Shown here one piece after another: positions 38,040 to 49,945 of a stretch of 64,000 nucleotides of DNA; position 1 is the first letter of the stretch, and the number at the start of each line of letters is the position of its first letter. The notes beneath the pieces were generated by a model. It saw nothing but the letters and a program-made list of their open reading frames with translations, ran no database searches and was not told the DNA's origin. A program made the translations under genes and the position numbers. Source of the stretch: Octopus sinensis. Taxonomy: Eukaryota. Where the stretch lies: assembly GCF_006345805.1 (NCBI RefSeq), contig NC_043000.1:46686001-46750000 (forward strand). The letters run 5' to 3'.

Positions 38040-39045
38040 TCATCTTTTACTTGTTTTAGTCATTAGACTAGAACCATGATGGGGCACCACATTGAGGAAT
38101 TTTTATTTGAATGAATTGACCACAGTATTTATATTTTGTTAAGCCCTTACTTATTGTATTGGTCTCTTTATATGAAACTGCTAAGTTATAAGGATGTAAA
38201 TACACCAACACCGGTTGTCAAATGTTGTCAGGGACAAACACAGACACTGAGACACACATACATAGACATTCTTTTATTCTTTCATTTTTTAAAGTATTTC
38301 AGTCATTTGACTGCAGCCATGCTGGAGCACCTCTTTGATAGGTTTTAGTCAAACAAATCAACCTCAGGTTTTATTTCTTAAGCCAAATACTTATTCTGTC
38401 AGTCTCTTTTGCCAAACTGCTAAGTACAGGTACACAAACACACCAGCACCAGTTGTCAAGCAGTGATTGGAGGACAAACACAGACACAATGGCACACATA
38501 CACATATATACATACATTTATACACACACACACACTTATATATATATATATAATGATCTTTGATGATAATGATGATGACCAAACAATGATTACTGTAGCT
38601 CTGTCAACAGAATTTGTGATTGATGACTTAGTCAAAACTTGTTTATTTATAAAAAACCAACTGGCTGTGTGGTGAGAAGCTTAATCACATGGTTGTGAGT
38701 TCAGTCCTGCTATGTGGTTCCTTGGGCCAAGTGTTTTCTACTATAATCTTGAGCCAGTCAAAACCTTGTGAGTGGATTTAGTAGATGGAAACTGAAAGAA
38801 GCTCATTGTAAATATATATATGTGTGTGTGTGTGTGTGCGTACGTGTTTTTCCCAACCATAACTTCACAACCAGTGTTGTGTACATCCTTGTAACTTAGC
38901 AACCTGTCAAAAGAGATTGATAGAATAAGTACCAGGTTTTAAAAAAGTACCGGGATTGATTCAGTCGACCACAACTTTTTCAAGGCACTGCTCCAGTATG
39001 GTCACAGACTAATAATTGAAACAAATAAAAATTAAAAGATAAATG
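38040..39045. mobile_element. Cluster of family B SINEs: two minus-strand tail fragments (38040-38480) and one plus copy (38655-39045)
   Basis: Recognisable family B segments in both orientations. Confidence 0.72.
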
Positions 39046-39099
39046 ACATCCAACTACACCATGCTCAAAATCCATGCTATAGGTTTTTCTTTACAGGTT

Positions 39100-39520
39100 T
39101 TTCTTTTGGGTAATATCTATGGGTATTGTAAAGTAATTACTAGCCCTTTCCATTGCAGTAGTGAAATAATTTATATGCTAGATTGTCTCAAGCTATGACC
39201 TTGCTTAATGAATTCTCACTTAGCAATAAGTTATTGATGTATTTCTAGGTGTGGGTTTTTGGTATCACACAGTAAGGGGTATGATTTCAAGTTAATGTGA
39301 ATCAACTGGCTCCCAAATATGTGGAAGTGTTGGTGTGAACTGAAAGTCAAACTATGTGTGACGTCCAGAAATTTACAGTTGACAGGTTTACTCAAACTGT
39401 CATTTTTCAACAACTGTACTAAAATGTTCGCTATAACTGTCATCTCTCAACGAATGTACTAAAATATTGATGGAATTCATTTTCTGAGAATATTAAGTTT
39501 GCATTTACTCACACATCTCA
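39100..39520 (-). mobile_element. Degenerate Penelope-like RT fragment
   Basis: ORF 39231..39443 has CKFLDVT (PLE xFLDVT motif), followed by a decayed SNHP-like segment. Confidence 0.4.
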
Positions 39521-39589
39521 ATGTCACTGGATTCATCATCCATTATAGGGCAGCTCTAGTGCTGTTTTATTATTACCATAAAGTCTAAT

Positions 39590-40200
39590 ATGGTGAGCTG
39601 GCAGAATCATTCGGAGTGGCTGTGTGGTAAGTAGCTTGCTTACAAACCACATGGTTCCGGGTTCAGTTCCACTGTGTGGCACTTTAGACAAGTGTCTTCT
39701 ACTGTAGCCTTGGGCCGACCAAAGCCTTATGAGGAGATTTGGTAGACGAAAACTGAAAGAAGCCCATCGTATATATATATATGTGTGTGTTGTGTGTGTG
39801 TTTATGTTTGTGTGTCTGCGTTTGTCCCCCTAACATCGCTTGACAACCGATGCTAGTGTGTTTACGTCCCCGTAACTTAGCAGTTCAGCAAAAGAGAATG
39901 ATAGAATAAGTACTAGGCTTACAAAAAATAAATTCGGGAGTAGATTTACTCGACTAAAGGCAGTGCTCCAGCATAGCCACATTCAAATGACTGAAACAAG
40001 TAAAAGAATATGCTAGGCAAAATGCTTAATGGCATTTTGTCCATCTTTATGTTCTGAGTTCAAATTCAGCTGGGGTTGACTTTACCTTTCATCCTTTTGG
40101 AGTCAATAAATTAAGATCCAGTCAAACACTGGGCTCGATGCAATCAACTAGTTCCCACCCACAAAATTGCAGGCCTTGTGCCTTTAGTAGAAAGGATTAT
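39590..40200 (+). mobile_element. SINE family A variant split by a full-length family B SINE (39613-40008)
   Basis: The family A head (tggtgagctggcagaatcatt) resumes at tgctaggcaaaatgcttaatggc after the B copy. Confidence 0.8.
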
Positions 40201-40322
40201 TGGTATTAGGTCTAGAAAATGTGGCAAACTGGCAAAACCATTAGCACAACTGACAAAATGTTTAGTACATTATTTACATTATTTACAATAGACAGATATT
40301 TGTCCTCATCTTGTTTGTTGTT

Positions 40323-40368
40323 AATACAAAGTTTCGGCTGATATACCCTCCAGCCTTCATCAGGTGTC
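40323..40368 (-). ncRNA. Minimal type I hammerhead motif (cleavage triplet mutated)
   Basis: GACAC-CTGATGA-A-GGCTG-gagggtatat-CAGCC-GAAAC-TTT-GTATT. Confidence 0.65.
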
Positions 40369-40454
40369 TTGGGGGAAATTTCGAACCTGAGTTCTCATTC
40401 CTAAGGTATTTTTCGATGTTGTTGTTGTTGTTGTTGTTATTATTATTATTATTA

Positions 40455-40497
<43 letters not shown>

Positions 40498-40754
40498 TAT
40501 TATTACTTCTACTACTACTATTATTCAGGTCACTGCCTAGAATCGAACTCAGAATCTTGGGGTTAATAGCCCGTGCTCTTAACTACTACGCGCACAGGCA
40601 TATAGCATAGTGGTTAAGAGCACAGGCTACTAACCCCAAGATTCTGAGTTTGATTACAGGCAGTGACCTGAATAATAATAATAATAATGATAATAATAAT
40701 AATAACATTGAAAAATACCTTAGGAATGAGAACCCAAGTTTGAAATTTCCCCAA

Positions 40755-40800
40755 GACACCTGATGAAGGCTGGAGGGTATATCAGCCGAAACATTGTGTT
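40755..40800 (+). ncRNA. Minimal type I hammerhead motif (G to A at position 16.2)
   Basis: GACAC-CTGATGA-A-GGCTG-gagggtatat-CAGCC-GAAAC-ATT-GTGTT. Confidence 0.7.
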
Positions 40801-41160
40801 AACAACAAACAAGACGAGGACAAATATCTGTCAAATTTAAATAATGTAAATAAAGTAAATAATGTACATAATTCCTCATCTCTTAAATATAGAGCTGAAG
40901 TAAATTTATTTGACTAAAAGTCTTCAAGGTGATGCTTCAGCATGGCTGTGGTCTGATGACTGAAATAAGTAGATGGTAAAAGAAATATATGATCCATCTG
41001 GTTACCTTTCCCATTTATTCTGTTTACCCAGTTTCATCCAGAAGGCTTAGATAGACTTAGGAATATCTTAAAATGGTGCCATGCTGTGAGAATCTGAGAT
41101 CCTCAAGATTGCAAGGAAAAATTCTTTATACTTAAGTTATAATAATAATAATAATAATAA

Positions 41161-41520
41161 TGAAATTATTGTATACAGTGCTCAGGTGCACCACAGCTTG
41201 TCAAAAGTGCATATAAAGTATATGCAGTAATGTAGAAATGTCTGGAAAGTGAACAGTGCATGAGTCAGATACATGCTTGTGTGTGTATGGAGGGGAGAAA
41301 ATCAGGTGTAGTGTTGGCGAATCTCAGGAAGCATGGAAATTTTGAAGGATGCAGTGCTCTGACAACTAACAACTGATGCCGGCAGTTTATTCCATGCTTC
41401 AGCAACTCTTAACGTGAAAAAATGTTTCCAAAATTCATGGGAGTTGTGCTGTTTTCTGACTTTGTAAACATGTCCATGGGTGTTAGACAGATGGAGTTTG
41501 GAAAGGTGTGTAGATCTAAA
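41161..41520 (-). mobile_element. CR1/L2-group LINE 3' end
   Basis: Manual translation gives HGHVYKVRKQHNSHEFWKHFFTLRVAEAWNKLPASVVSCQSTASFK, the CR1-type C-terminus. The 3' UTR ends in (TTA)n. Confidence 0.8.
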
Positions 41521-41892
41521 AGCAGAACCAGTTGAGAATTTAAAAAAATAATAAAGCTCTTAGGGTATCAGTAGTGATAAGAATGAACTCTGAACATCAT
41601 AATTTTTGGAAAGGGGACAAAGACAAAGAATTCCTGTGGAAATAGCAAACTTACAATAATACTAGAAAGAAATGCAATAACAGGAGTAGCAATAGTAGCA
41701 AAAGCAGCAGCGGCAGTAGCCATGGCAGCAGAAGCAGTAGCAGCAGTAGTAATAGTAGTAATAGCGGCAGCAGCAGCAGCAACAAAAATTCTTGTAAATT
41801 CTCTCTATTTGAAGATAATGATCAAGACTATATAATCAAAGAAGGAAAAAAAGATTGAAGAGGAGAGAGAAGTTAAAAAAAAAAGAAAATAA

Positions 41893-42315
41893 GAAAAAAA
41901 AAAAAGGAAAAAGAAGAAAAAAAAAGAAACATAATGATGCTGATTTATTCTGACTAGCCTCATCCATTGAAATGTTGTAGAGAATAAAATGAGCACCAGA
42001 AATTAGAATAAAAGCTATTTTGTGCTATAAAAGGTCACTTATGATATTAATTTGTAAATCAATATTCTTGAAACGAGATTGGGAGATACTAAGTTTCTTT
42101 ATAAAAAAAAAAAAAAGGAAAAAGAAGAAAAAAAAAGAAACATAATGATGCTGATTTATTCTGACTAGCCTCATCCATTGAAATGTTGTAGAGAATAAAA
42201 TGAGCACCAGAAATTAGAATAAAAGCTATTTTGTGCTATAAAAGGTCACTTATGATATTAATTTGTAAATCAATATTCCTTGAAACGAGATTGGGAGATA
42301 CTAAGTTTCTTTATT
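41893..42315. repeat. Near-perfect 211-bp tandem duplication bounded by poly(A) runs
   Basis: cataatgatg at 41930 and 42141. The two units differ by one extra C outside the A-runs. Confidence 0.92.
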
Positions 42316-42559
42316 AAAAAAAAAAAGAAGGAAAACAAACAAACAAACAAACAAACAAAATGAAACAAAAATACATCACACACATAAATAAATAAATAAA
42401 TAAATAAATCAACAAAATAAAGGAAAAATTGCATATTAGAAAAACAAAACAAAACAAAAAAAAACGAATTATATAAACAAAAACACAAGTTTCAAGGAAA
42501 TGCTTATCTTACTAACAAGTATAAATAGAATAAAACTTGACAAATTGAACTTGGAATTA

Positions 42560-42588
42560 TGATGATGATGATGATGATGATGATAATG

Positions 42589-42637
<49 letters not shown>

Positions 42638-42663
42638 TAATAATGATAATAATGATAATAATC

Positions 42664-42723
<60 letters not shown>

Positions 42724-42740
42724 TAATGATAATAATAAAG
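42560..42740. repeat. (GAT)n-(AAT)n microsatellite
   Basis: Direct reading. Confidence 0.95.
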
Positions 42741-43014
42741 TTAGTTAAAAAATTCGCTCAAAAAAGATTAAGAGGAAAAGAAGAAAAAGTTTAAAGTAAT
42801 TACAATGCTGAATATAAAGCTAGTAGTGACAAAATTGCTATAAAATGTTATCAAAATCATAATTATCTGCAATTATATGTAATTTGAAACTTTTAATCTT
42901 TTACTAGAGAAACAGAATAACATAATTTGTGACTTAAATATAGCATATTTTATGGAAGTTTTCATACAAGAATTAATATTGCAAAAGACTACTGAGAATA
43001 TCAAGCCAACAAAA

Positions 43015-43085
43015 ATTGTTATCATCGTTGTCGTCGTCATCATCATCATAATCAGTTACCACCACCACCACCACCAATGCCACCG

Positions 43086-43129
<44 letters not shown>

Positions 43130-43210
43130 GTCCTTGTTGTCATGATGATGATCATCATCACGATCTTCATCATCATCTTCATCACCGTCATTGTTGTTGT
43201 CATTATTATT
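43015..43210. repeat. (CAT)n/(CAC)n low-complexity tract
   Basis: Direct reading. Source of the poly-H/D/M ORFs. Confidence 0.9.
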
Positions 43211-43660
43211 GATAGAAATGTATATATAAAAAGTAACACTGTATATATTAAACACTTCCAAATAATCTCCTGTAATTTTAATTTTTGAGACTTTATATTG
43301 CCTGGACTTTACCTTCCAAACTGTCTTATAAATATAAAATAATATTTAATAAAATGAATAAAGCACAAGCAAAACTAAACAGAATCTGTTGTGTTGGATT
43401 TAGTATGAAATGATCTTCTTCACAGGTGAGAATTAAAGGATATAACATGCTAATTATTACGGTGTTTTGGAGAGGATACTAGAAATCTGATTTCCTCCAA
43501 AAACAAACATATTTCTAAAATTCGTTATTTTAATTGTATATTAACTATGGATAGAAAGGCAGAGATATAGCAACAACAGGATGAGTAATTTGAATGTATG
43601 AGGTTCCATATAGCACATTATTGTGCAAGAGTTTTTCACCACAGTGTTTCTGGTTCTCAT

Positions 43661-43905
43661 GGAGGCGCATGGTTTAATGGTTAGGATGTCAGCATCATGA
43701 TCGTAAAATTGTGGTTTCGATTCCTGGACCGAGCAACGCATTGTGTTCTTGAGCAAAACACTTCATTTCATGTTGCTCCAGTTCACTCAGCTGGCAAAAA
43801 TGAGTAACACTGTGATGGACTGGTGTCCTGTCCAGCTGGGGAACACATATGCCATTGAAACTGGGAAACCGGGCCCATGAGCCTGGCTAGGCTTTAAAAG
43901 AGCGC
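43661..43905 (+). mobile_element. tRNA-derived SINE: family C-like body with a family D-like tail
   Basis: ggaggcgcatggtttaatggttag head and ttgtgttcttgagcaaaacactt core. The tail gatggactggtgtcc...ccatgagcc is shared with 16164-16461. Confidence 0.75.
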
Positions 43906-43929
43906 ATTTATTTATTATTTATTTGGTTC

Positions 43930-45020
43930 TCACATGGCATGAAGTAGTCAGAGAGAGAAGCATTCATGATGCTTGTCTTATACACTATGCAATCTTTGAA
44001 TAGCATTATCAAACTTGTGTAAAGCTGGTCTTCAAATAGGGTACCTTTCTTTCCTCAGCTCTACAGCTTGTAGTTCCACACATAGTAGGACAGAATTTGA
44101 TAGCACAATTATGCTTTTGCAAGGGATTCAAACTGATACACCTTGAAAATACAGTAAGTACAGTGTCTTTACGCTGCTGTGCTCGATGTGCAGCAGTTGC
44201 TGATGTAAAGTATACCCTTTGGCAATTTTCCAAGGGGAAAACAAGGGATTAAATGCTGGTACATTTTTCATAAATAGGAAAGGCAAAAATGAGCCAGAAA
44301 ACTTCATTGCCTTTAACATATTATTTCTACTGCATTGAATTGTTCCTCAAAGCTGTTATGCTTCTTTGAAGCAAATTTTGCAGCATCAAATTCCTTGTTT
44401 ATGTGTTTGCAAGTATATTTTTGTATTACAGACTTCAACTTTACAGTGTGCTTTAAATGATTGTTGGCATTTTATAACCTTTGAACTCACAACTACACTT
44501 TAGCCGGCAAAAATTTCATATGACTATACCCTTGGAAGTTGCAAAAGTAGGTGGCCTCATAGTTTTATGTTTATGACATTATTTGGCAGAAACATCGCTT
44601 TTCCTTCAGTTATGGACACACAAAACAATGTGGCTTCCCAATTTTGCATCCCCCATATGTAAAAGTCAAATGAATTCATGCCAACTATAGCATGCTTTGA
44701 GCTCAAAATATTAATGCTATTCAATCAAGTTGGGAAGCCTCCTTCTTCAGTTGCTCTTGCTCAGTAAGAAGGATTGCCATCTTTACATGATTGAATATCC
44801 TTGATAAAAGGTCTTGTAAACCATTTGAAGTGCTTTTTGCCTTCCTATGAAAATGACTTATTTGTGAGACTATGCCATGTTGACCAAGTTCTCCCCCAGG
44901 GTATAAATTCATCTTTGGGCTTCTATTTTGCTGAATGACAATTTAAAATTCTAAGTTGGGTTCAGACTTCAATGCCTGCATGAAATTCTTGATGTAACTT
45001 ACTTTTCATAGACCATCGTT
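43930..45020 (-). mobile_element. Degenerate Helitron Rep/helicase fragment
   Basis: Manual translation of 44150-44325: YVKGNEVFWLIFAFPIYEKCTSI*SLVFPLENCQRVYFTSATAAHRAQQRKDTVLTVF. This resembles the conserved Helitron segment YISSNEAxWRIFxFPIHERxPxVxxLxVHLENGQRVYF...TTLTAFF. Confidence 0.6.
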
Positions 45021-45081
45021 CTTTCCTTTTTCTGGTCTCGTTTTTCTTTCACTTTCCCTTTTCTGTGCTTTTCCCTTTTTA

Positions 45082-45450
45082 CTCTTTTACTTGTTTCAGT
45101 CATCTGACTGTGACTATGCTGGAGCACCGCCTTTTAGTCAAGCAAATCGACCCCCGGACTTATTCTTTGTAAGCCTAGTACTTATTCTATCGGTCTCTTT
45201 GCCGAACTGCTAAGTGACGAGGACGTAAACACACTAGCATTGGTTGTCAAGCGATGTTGGGGGGACAAACACAGACACACACACACACACATATATATGC
45301 ATACGATAGGCTTCTTTCAGTGTCTGTCTACCAAATCCACTCACAAGGCTTTGGTCGTCCTGAGGCTATAGTAGAAGACACCTGCCCAAGGTGCCAGGCA
45401 GTGGGACTGAACCCAGAACCATGTGGTTGGTAAGCAAGCTACTTACCACA
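45082..45450 (-). mobile_element. SINE family B, young full-length copy
   Basis: Close reverse complement of 39613-40008. Confidence 0.88.
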
Positions 45451-45950
45451 AACATTTTTATAATATGTTGCACTTGAACAGGTTACTGAATGCACACATT
45501 TGCAAGACCATTTGTATCTTTCTTTTACATAACAACAGTGATAACATTTAAAATTATCTTTCTTCGGATTCTCATTTATTTAAATTTGGGTTTTATTAAT
45601 ATAAGAACCACTAATAGAAGTAAAAATGTACATTTGGTCATAAATCTAATTTAAACCCACATTCACTAAATTTGGCATCGCGTTTAATTAAATTTAACTG
45701 AATATTTTAAAAAGGACTACAAAAAAATGAAAGAAAGAAGGAATGAGTGAGGAAAATTAGGATCCTGCTGTCAAACTATCCAACTCATGCCAGCATGGAT
45801 TGCTGAAATGTGGAAAATGAAGGGGGTGAATGTGAAGTGGATAATGATGATGATGATGATGATGATGGTGGTGGTGGGGATGACGACGACGACGATGACA
45901 ATGTTGTCTTTCTCTTCCTCATCATGATGAGGAAGAGAAAGACGACAGTG

Positions 45951-45982
<32 letters not shown>

Positions 45983-46024
45983 TATATATATAATATATAT
46001 ATATATCTATATATATATATATAT

Positions 46025-46055
<31 letters not shown>

Positions 46056-46235
46056 GTATAAATAATAAATATTAGGGAATAATCCAAATTTACAGGGAAA
46101 AAATCAGATTAGGATTAAATCGATTTTATAGTAAAATATTATAAAATATTATTCGAGACAAAACCACTATTTTGCAAAACAAACAAGGAAAGACTTAATC
46201 AATACATAAAATTTTAATAATAGTCAAAAAAACCG

Positions 46236-46278
46236 CCACTACAATCGTTTCTTGTCTTGATCGACAATCTTCAGGTGG
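46236..46278 (-). ncRNA. Type I hammerhead ribozyme motif, intact core
   Basis: CCAC-CTGAAGA-TTGTC-gatcaa-GACAA-GAAAC-GATT-GTA-GTGG. Confidence 0.8.
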
Positions 46279-46324
46279 ACTTCCAATAATTCAGTGTCAA
46301 ATTTGACACTGAATTATTGGAAGT

Positions 46325-46366
46325 CCACCTGAAGATTGTCGATCAAGACAAGAACGATTGTAGTGG
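46325..46366 (+). ncRNA. Type I hammerhead motif with one core A deleted (GAAC)
   Basis: Mirror copy of 46236-46278: CCAC-CTGAAGA-TTGTC-gatcaa-GACAA-GAAC-GATT-GTA-GTGG. Confidence 0.7.
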
Positions 46367-46461
46367 CGGTTTTTTTGACTATTTATTAAATTTTATGTAT
46401 TGATTAAGTCTTTCCTTGTTTGTTTTGCAAATAGTGGTTTTGTCTCGAATAATATTTTATA

Positions 46462-46537
<76 letters not shown>

Positions 46538-46548
46538 TAGTTAGTAGT

Positions 46549-46895
46549 GGATTAAATGCTGGCATGTCTTTCATAAATAGGAAAGGCAAAACTGAGCCAG
46601 AAAACTTCATTGCCTTTAACGTATTATATTTGCTACATTGAATTGTTCCTCAAAGCTGTTATGCTTCTTTAAAGCCAATTTTGCAGCATCAAATTCCTTG
46701 TTTATGTGTTTGCAAGTATATCTTTGTATAAACAGACTTATTTAGACCTCTTATGGGTGGAACTACAAGCTTTGAAGTTGAGGAAAGAAAGGTACCGTAT
46801 TTGAAGACCAGCTTTACACAAGTTTGATAATGGTATTCAAAGAGTGCATACTGTATAAGACAAACATCTTGGATGCTTCTCTCTCTGACTTTTTC
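46549..46895. repeat. Rearranged local duplicate of the Helitron remnant
   Basis: 46549-46730 is a direct copy of 44245-44425. 46745-46895 is an inverted copy of about 43940-44090. Confidence 0.85.
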
Positions 46896-46994
46896 ATGCA
46901 ATGAGAGAACCAGATTCATTTCAAGATCTTCAATTAAAGTGTGTGTGTGCGTATGTGTGTGTGCATATGTGTGTGTGTGTGTGTGGGGGGGAAG

Positions 46995-47222
46995 TCATCT
47001 TGGGCAAGTGTCTTCTACTATAGCCTTAAGGCAACCAAATCCTTGTGACTTGATTTGGTAGATGGAAACTGAAAGAAACCCATCGTATATGTATATGTGT
47101 GTGTGTGTGTGTTTGTTCCCCACTACCACTTGACAACTGGTGTTTGTGTGTTTACATCCCCATAACTTAGCAGTTAGGCAAAATAGATCAAAAGAATAAG
47201 TACCAGTATTTAAAAAAAAAAA
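46995..47222 (+). mobile_element. SINE family B (5'-truncated)
   Basis: catcttgggcaagtgtcttctactatagcc...aagaataagtaccag. Confidence 0.75.
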
Positions 47223-47548
47223 GAATTGCTGTGTGAGTGTATAGGGAACTCAAAAATCACCCTTTCAAAAACATCTAGAATTTCAATCAAAAGAACTTGA
47301 CCACATCCAAACAACTGTTCTTTAATGAATACAAAAGAACAAGCCCTGGAAATGCAATTATAATTTTTACTGAAGAAAGTCAAAAACAGCATCTGCTTTT
47401 TCAATTAAAACCTTGACTAATTCAAATACAAAAAATTCTTTTTCCTTCTCCATCTTAAAAGACGACTAAATACTAAACAAACAAGTCTGACCATACCAAT
47501 ACAAAAGCCATACCTTTTTATTTCCCCCTCCGTCTCGATATATAAATG

Positions 47549-47581
<33 letters not shown>

Positions 47582-47779
47582 AGATTCATATAGGTGCATG
47601 CATGTATGTATAAGTATATAGGAATATATAAATATATGCATGAGGGAGTATGGACATCAGAACAAAGAGGAGAGTAGTAAAAACTTCTATAAGAGAAAGA
47701 CAAAATTGTCAGGTACTTAAGGTTACAAGTGAGTAGGTTAATAGTAGGAGTACAATGTTGTGTACTGACCTAGAGAATC

Positions 47780-48830
47780 CTATTCGAATGATTTGAGTTA
47801 ATTTAGTCCTGATGTTCATTTCGTTTATAAGGGAACCTTAATATTCTAAGAAACTTGTTGCAAAATGATAATCAGTTCCTTTCACTTGTTTAGAAGTTGT
47901 GTGCCTTACAATAAGATTTGAGTTGATTCCTACATGCACAATCGACATTGCTTTTGTTCTCCTGTATAAGGGGAGGAAAATTTCACTATGTTCCATGTAA
48001 TGAGTATTAAGTATTTTCGTTTTTAAAATGTCACGTGTACTCAGCCAGTGAAGTAGAGTAGTCCAAATTAGCGCTTTTGAACAAGTGAAGATGTGTGTCA
48101 AAGCATTTCTTAAAATGTTTGGTCATAGTGCCTGCGTATTCTCTCGTAGTTGAGCCTGTAATCACTTGGCATCTGTAAATAATATTCTTAGTAAAACAGT
48201 TTCCTTTCAGTGGACATTCCGTAACTATATTTTTACAATTACAACTTTTAGCTGTGGAGGATTGTCTGGTAATTAGTGCTGGATATGTTGGCGTTTGATA
48301 TTTTTACGGAGTTAGATGTAGAAACACTTGTAGGTGATGTTAAGGAATGATTGCAGATTGGGCAACCAATTGGATTCAGTTGAAAGCCATTTTGCAGGAG
48401 AAAAAGAGTGATAGGGGCATATTATGGATAGGATCAGGACCAAGGGGATTTAGAAGTTGACCATTAGGCATTGGTTATATAACTTTTATAATTTTTAGTT
48501 TAATGATATTGATCCCAGCAATGGTATATGCAAGGTTTTGGGATTGTAAAGTATGAAATCTAAGTGGTATATTTGTTATATATATGGTTATATTTATAGT
48601 TCCGTGGAAAGTTGGTGTAAGGGCGAAGAGAAAATTGTAGGTAGATGACTTGTAAGCAGAAGATTATATGGGGGATTATACCAGGTTATTTTCCGTTCTC
48701 TTAATCCTAGCGCTGCTGGAAGTGTATGTAGTGTTATTAGAATTTGTAGTACTCTTATATCTTGGGAAATTAGAGTAAATTTCTTATATATGCATATAAT
48801 TTTAGTTTGTTCATCGTTGTTGATGATGAC
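47780..48830 (-). mobile_element. Penelope-like element fragment (linker plus GIY-YIG)
   Basis: RERKITWYNPPYN in ORF 48594..48842. Manual translation gives SCNCKNIVTECPLKGNCFTKNIIYRCQVITGSTTREYAGTMTKHFK...STSLAEY. Confidence 0.85.
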
Positions 48831-49789
48831 CAAGGACAACACACGGGAGAAGAAGATGGAATACAGTGTCCAACTGTGATCAATCAGTCCTTACATGGTC
48901 GGAAGGATCTGTTGCAGGTTAATTACTGTTGCTCAGCTGGGAATAAATGCCAGGAGTTTCATTGTGCCCTAGAAATCCTGTTCTGTTCAAAAGAGGTCAC
49001 ACCTCTGTTGGTGAGCTCTGTTCTCTCCTCGTACGAAAAGAACAGGATACACACACACATATGTATATTTATATATATACATCGTAATCATCATTATTTA
49101 ACGTCTGTTCTCCATGCAAGCATAGGTTGGGCAATATATATAGCTATGTATGTATAGATGTATCATATATGAATGTATCTTTTATATGTTTTACACACAC
49201 GCATGCATGCACACAGACATGAGGCACAACAATGTCTATGTCCTTCCTTTTTTGAGATGTTAGGGTATGAATTTAGATAGATTTGGTTGCTGTCCCTAGA
49301 AGGTCAAGTAACTGCTTAAAGGTTTCCTCGTTGGATTGTATTTATTATTTTTAATAAATTTAAGAATTTAATTAATGTAAAAATAACACACATGGAATGA
49401 AAAGGGAGGTTTTTAATATTCATCACTTAATATTTTCAGGCACCCAACTCCAGTTGCCACAATTTACCTGACTGATGAAAAATAACAAAAAAAAAAAAGA
49501 AAGCAAAAGTTCTACTCCTACTTCAAAGTTGAGTGGTTAGCAGTAGCAAATGCATTCAGCTGTGAAATATAAATTGTTCCAGCAAGCAAAATCCATCCCA
49601 GCTATGGAAGCATGGAAAAATATTTGTAAAGAAACTGAAAAACGAAAAAAAGAAAAAAAGAAGAAAGGTGAAAGATATTCATCGTTAGACCAATATTTCA
49701 AAATGTATTTTATGAGTCTTGATTTCATCATTTTATTAATGTAACATCATCAAATTGAGTTATAAAAGTTAGTATTGTTGTTACTGTTG

Positions 49790-49883
49790 TTACTATCATC
49801 ATCATTACCATCGTCGTCGTCATCATTATCATTGCTGTTATTATTATTATTGGTGGTGGTGGTTGTTGGTGTTGTTGTAGTTG

Positions 49884-49937
<54 letters not shown>

Positions 49938-49945
49938 TATTATTA
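49790..49945. repeat. (CAT)n-(GTT/GGT)n-(TTA)n compound microsatellite
   Basis: Direct reading. Confidence 0.9.

Larger units (their letters stand above)
40265..40897. mobile_element. Head-to-head inverted dimer of a tRNA-headed, hammerhead-containing element
   Basis: Minus copy 40265-40593 and plus copy 40597-40897. Each reads tRNA-like head, (ATA)n, ~55 nt, HHR, AT-rich tail. Confidence 0.85.
46073..46461. repeat. Spacer-less ~320-bp palindrome (46140-46461, axis 46301/46302) of HHR-bearing family P2
   Basis: Arms are reverse complements apart from a few 1-nt indels; the centre reads gtgtcaaa|tttgacac. The left arm extends to the tagggaataatccaaatttacagggaaaa terminus. Confidence 0.93.

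Noticed and set aside
41893-42315. Direct repeats as a possible CRISPR-like array
   Set aside because: These are two contiguous units with no spacers, in eukaryotic context, with no cas genes.
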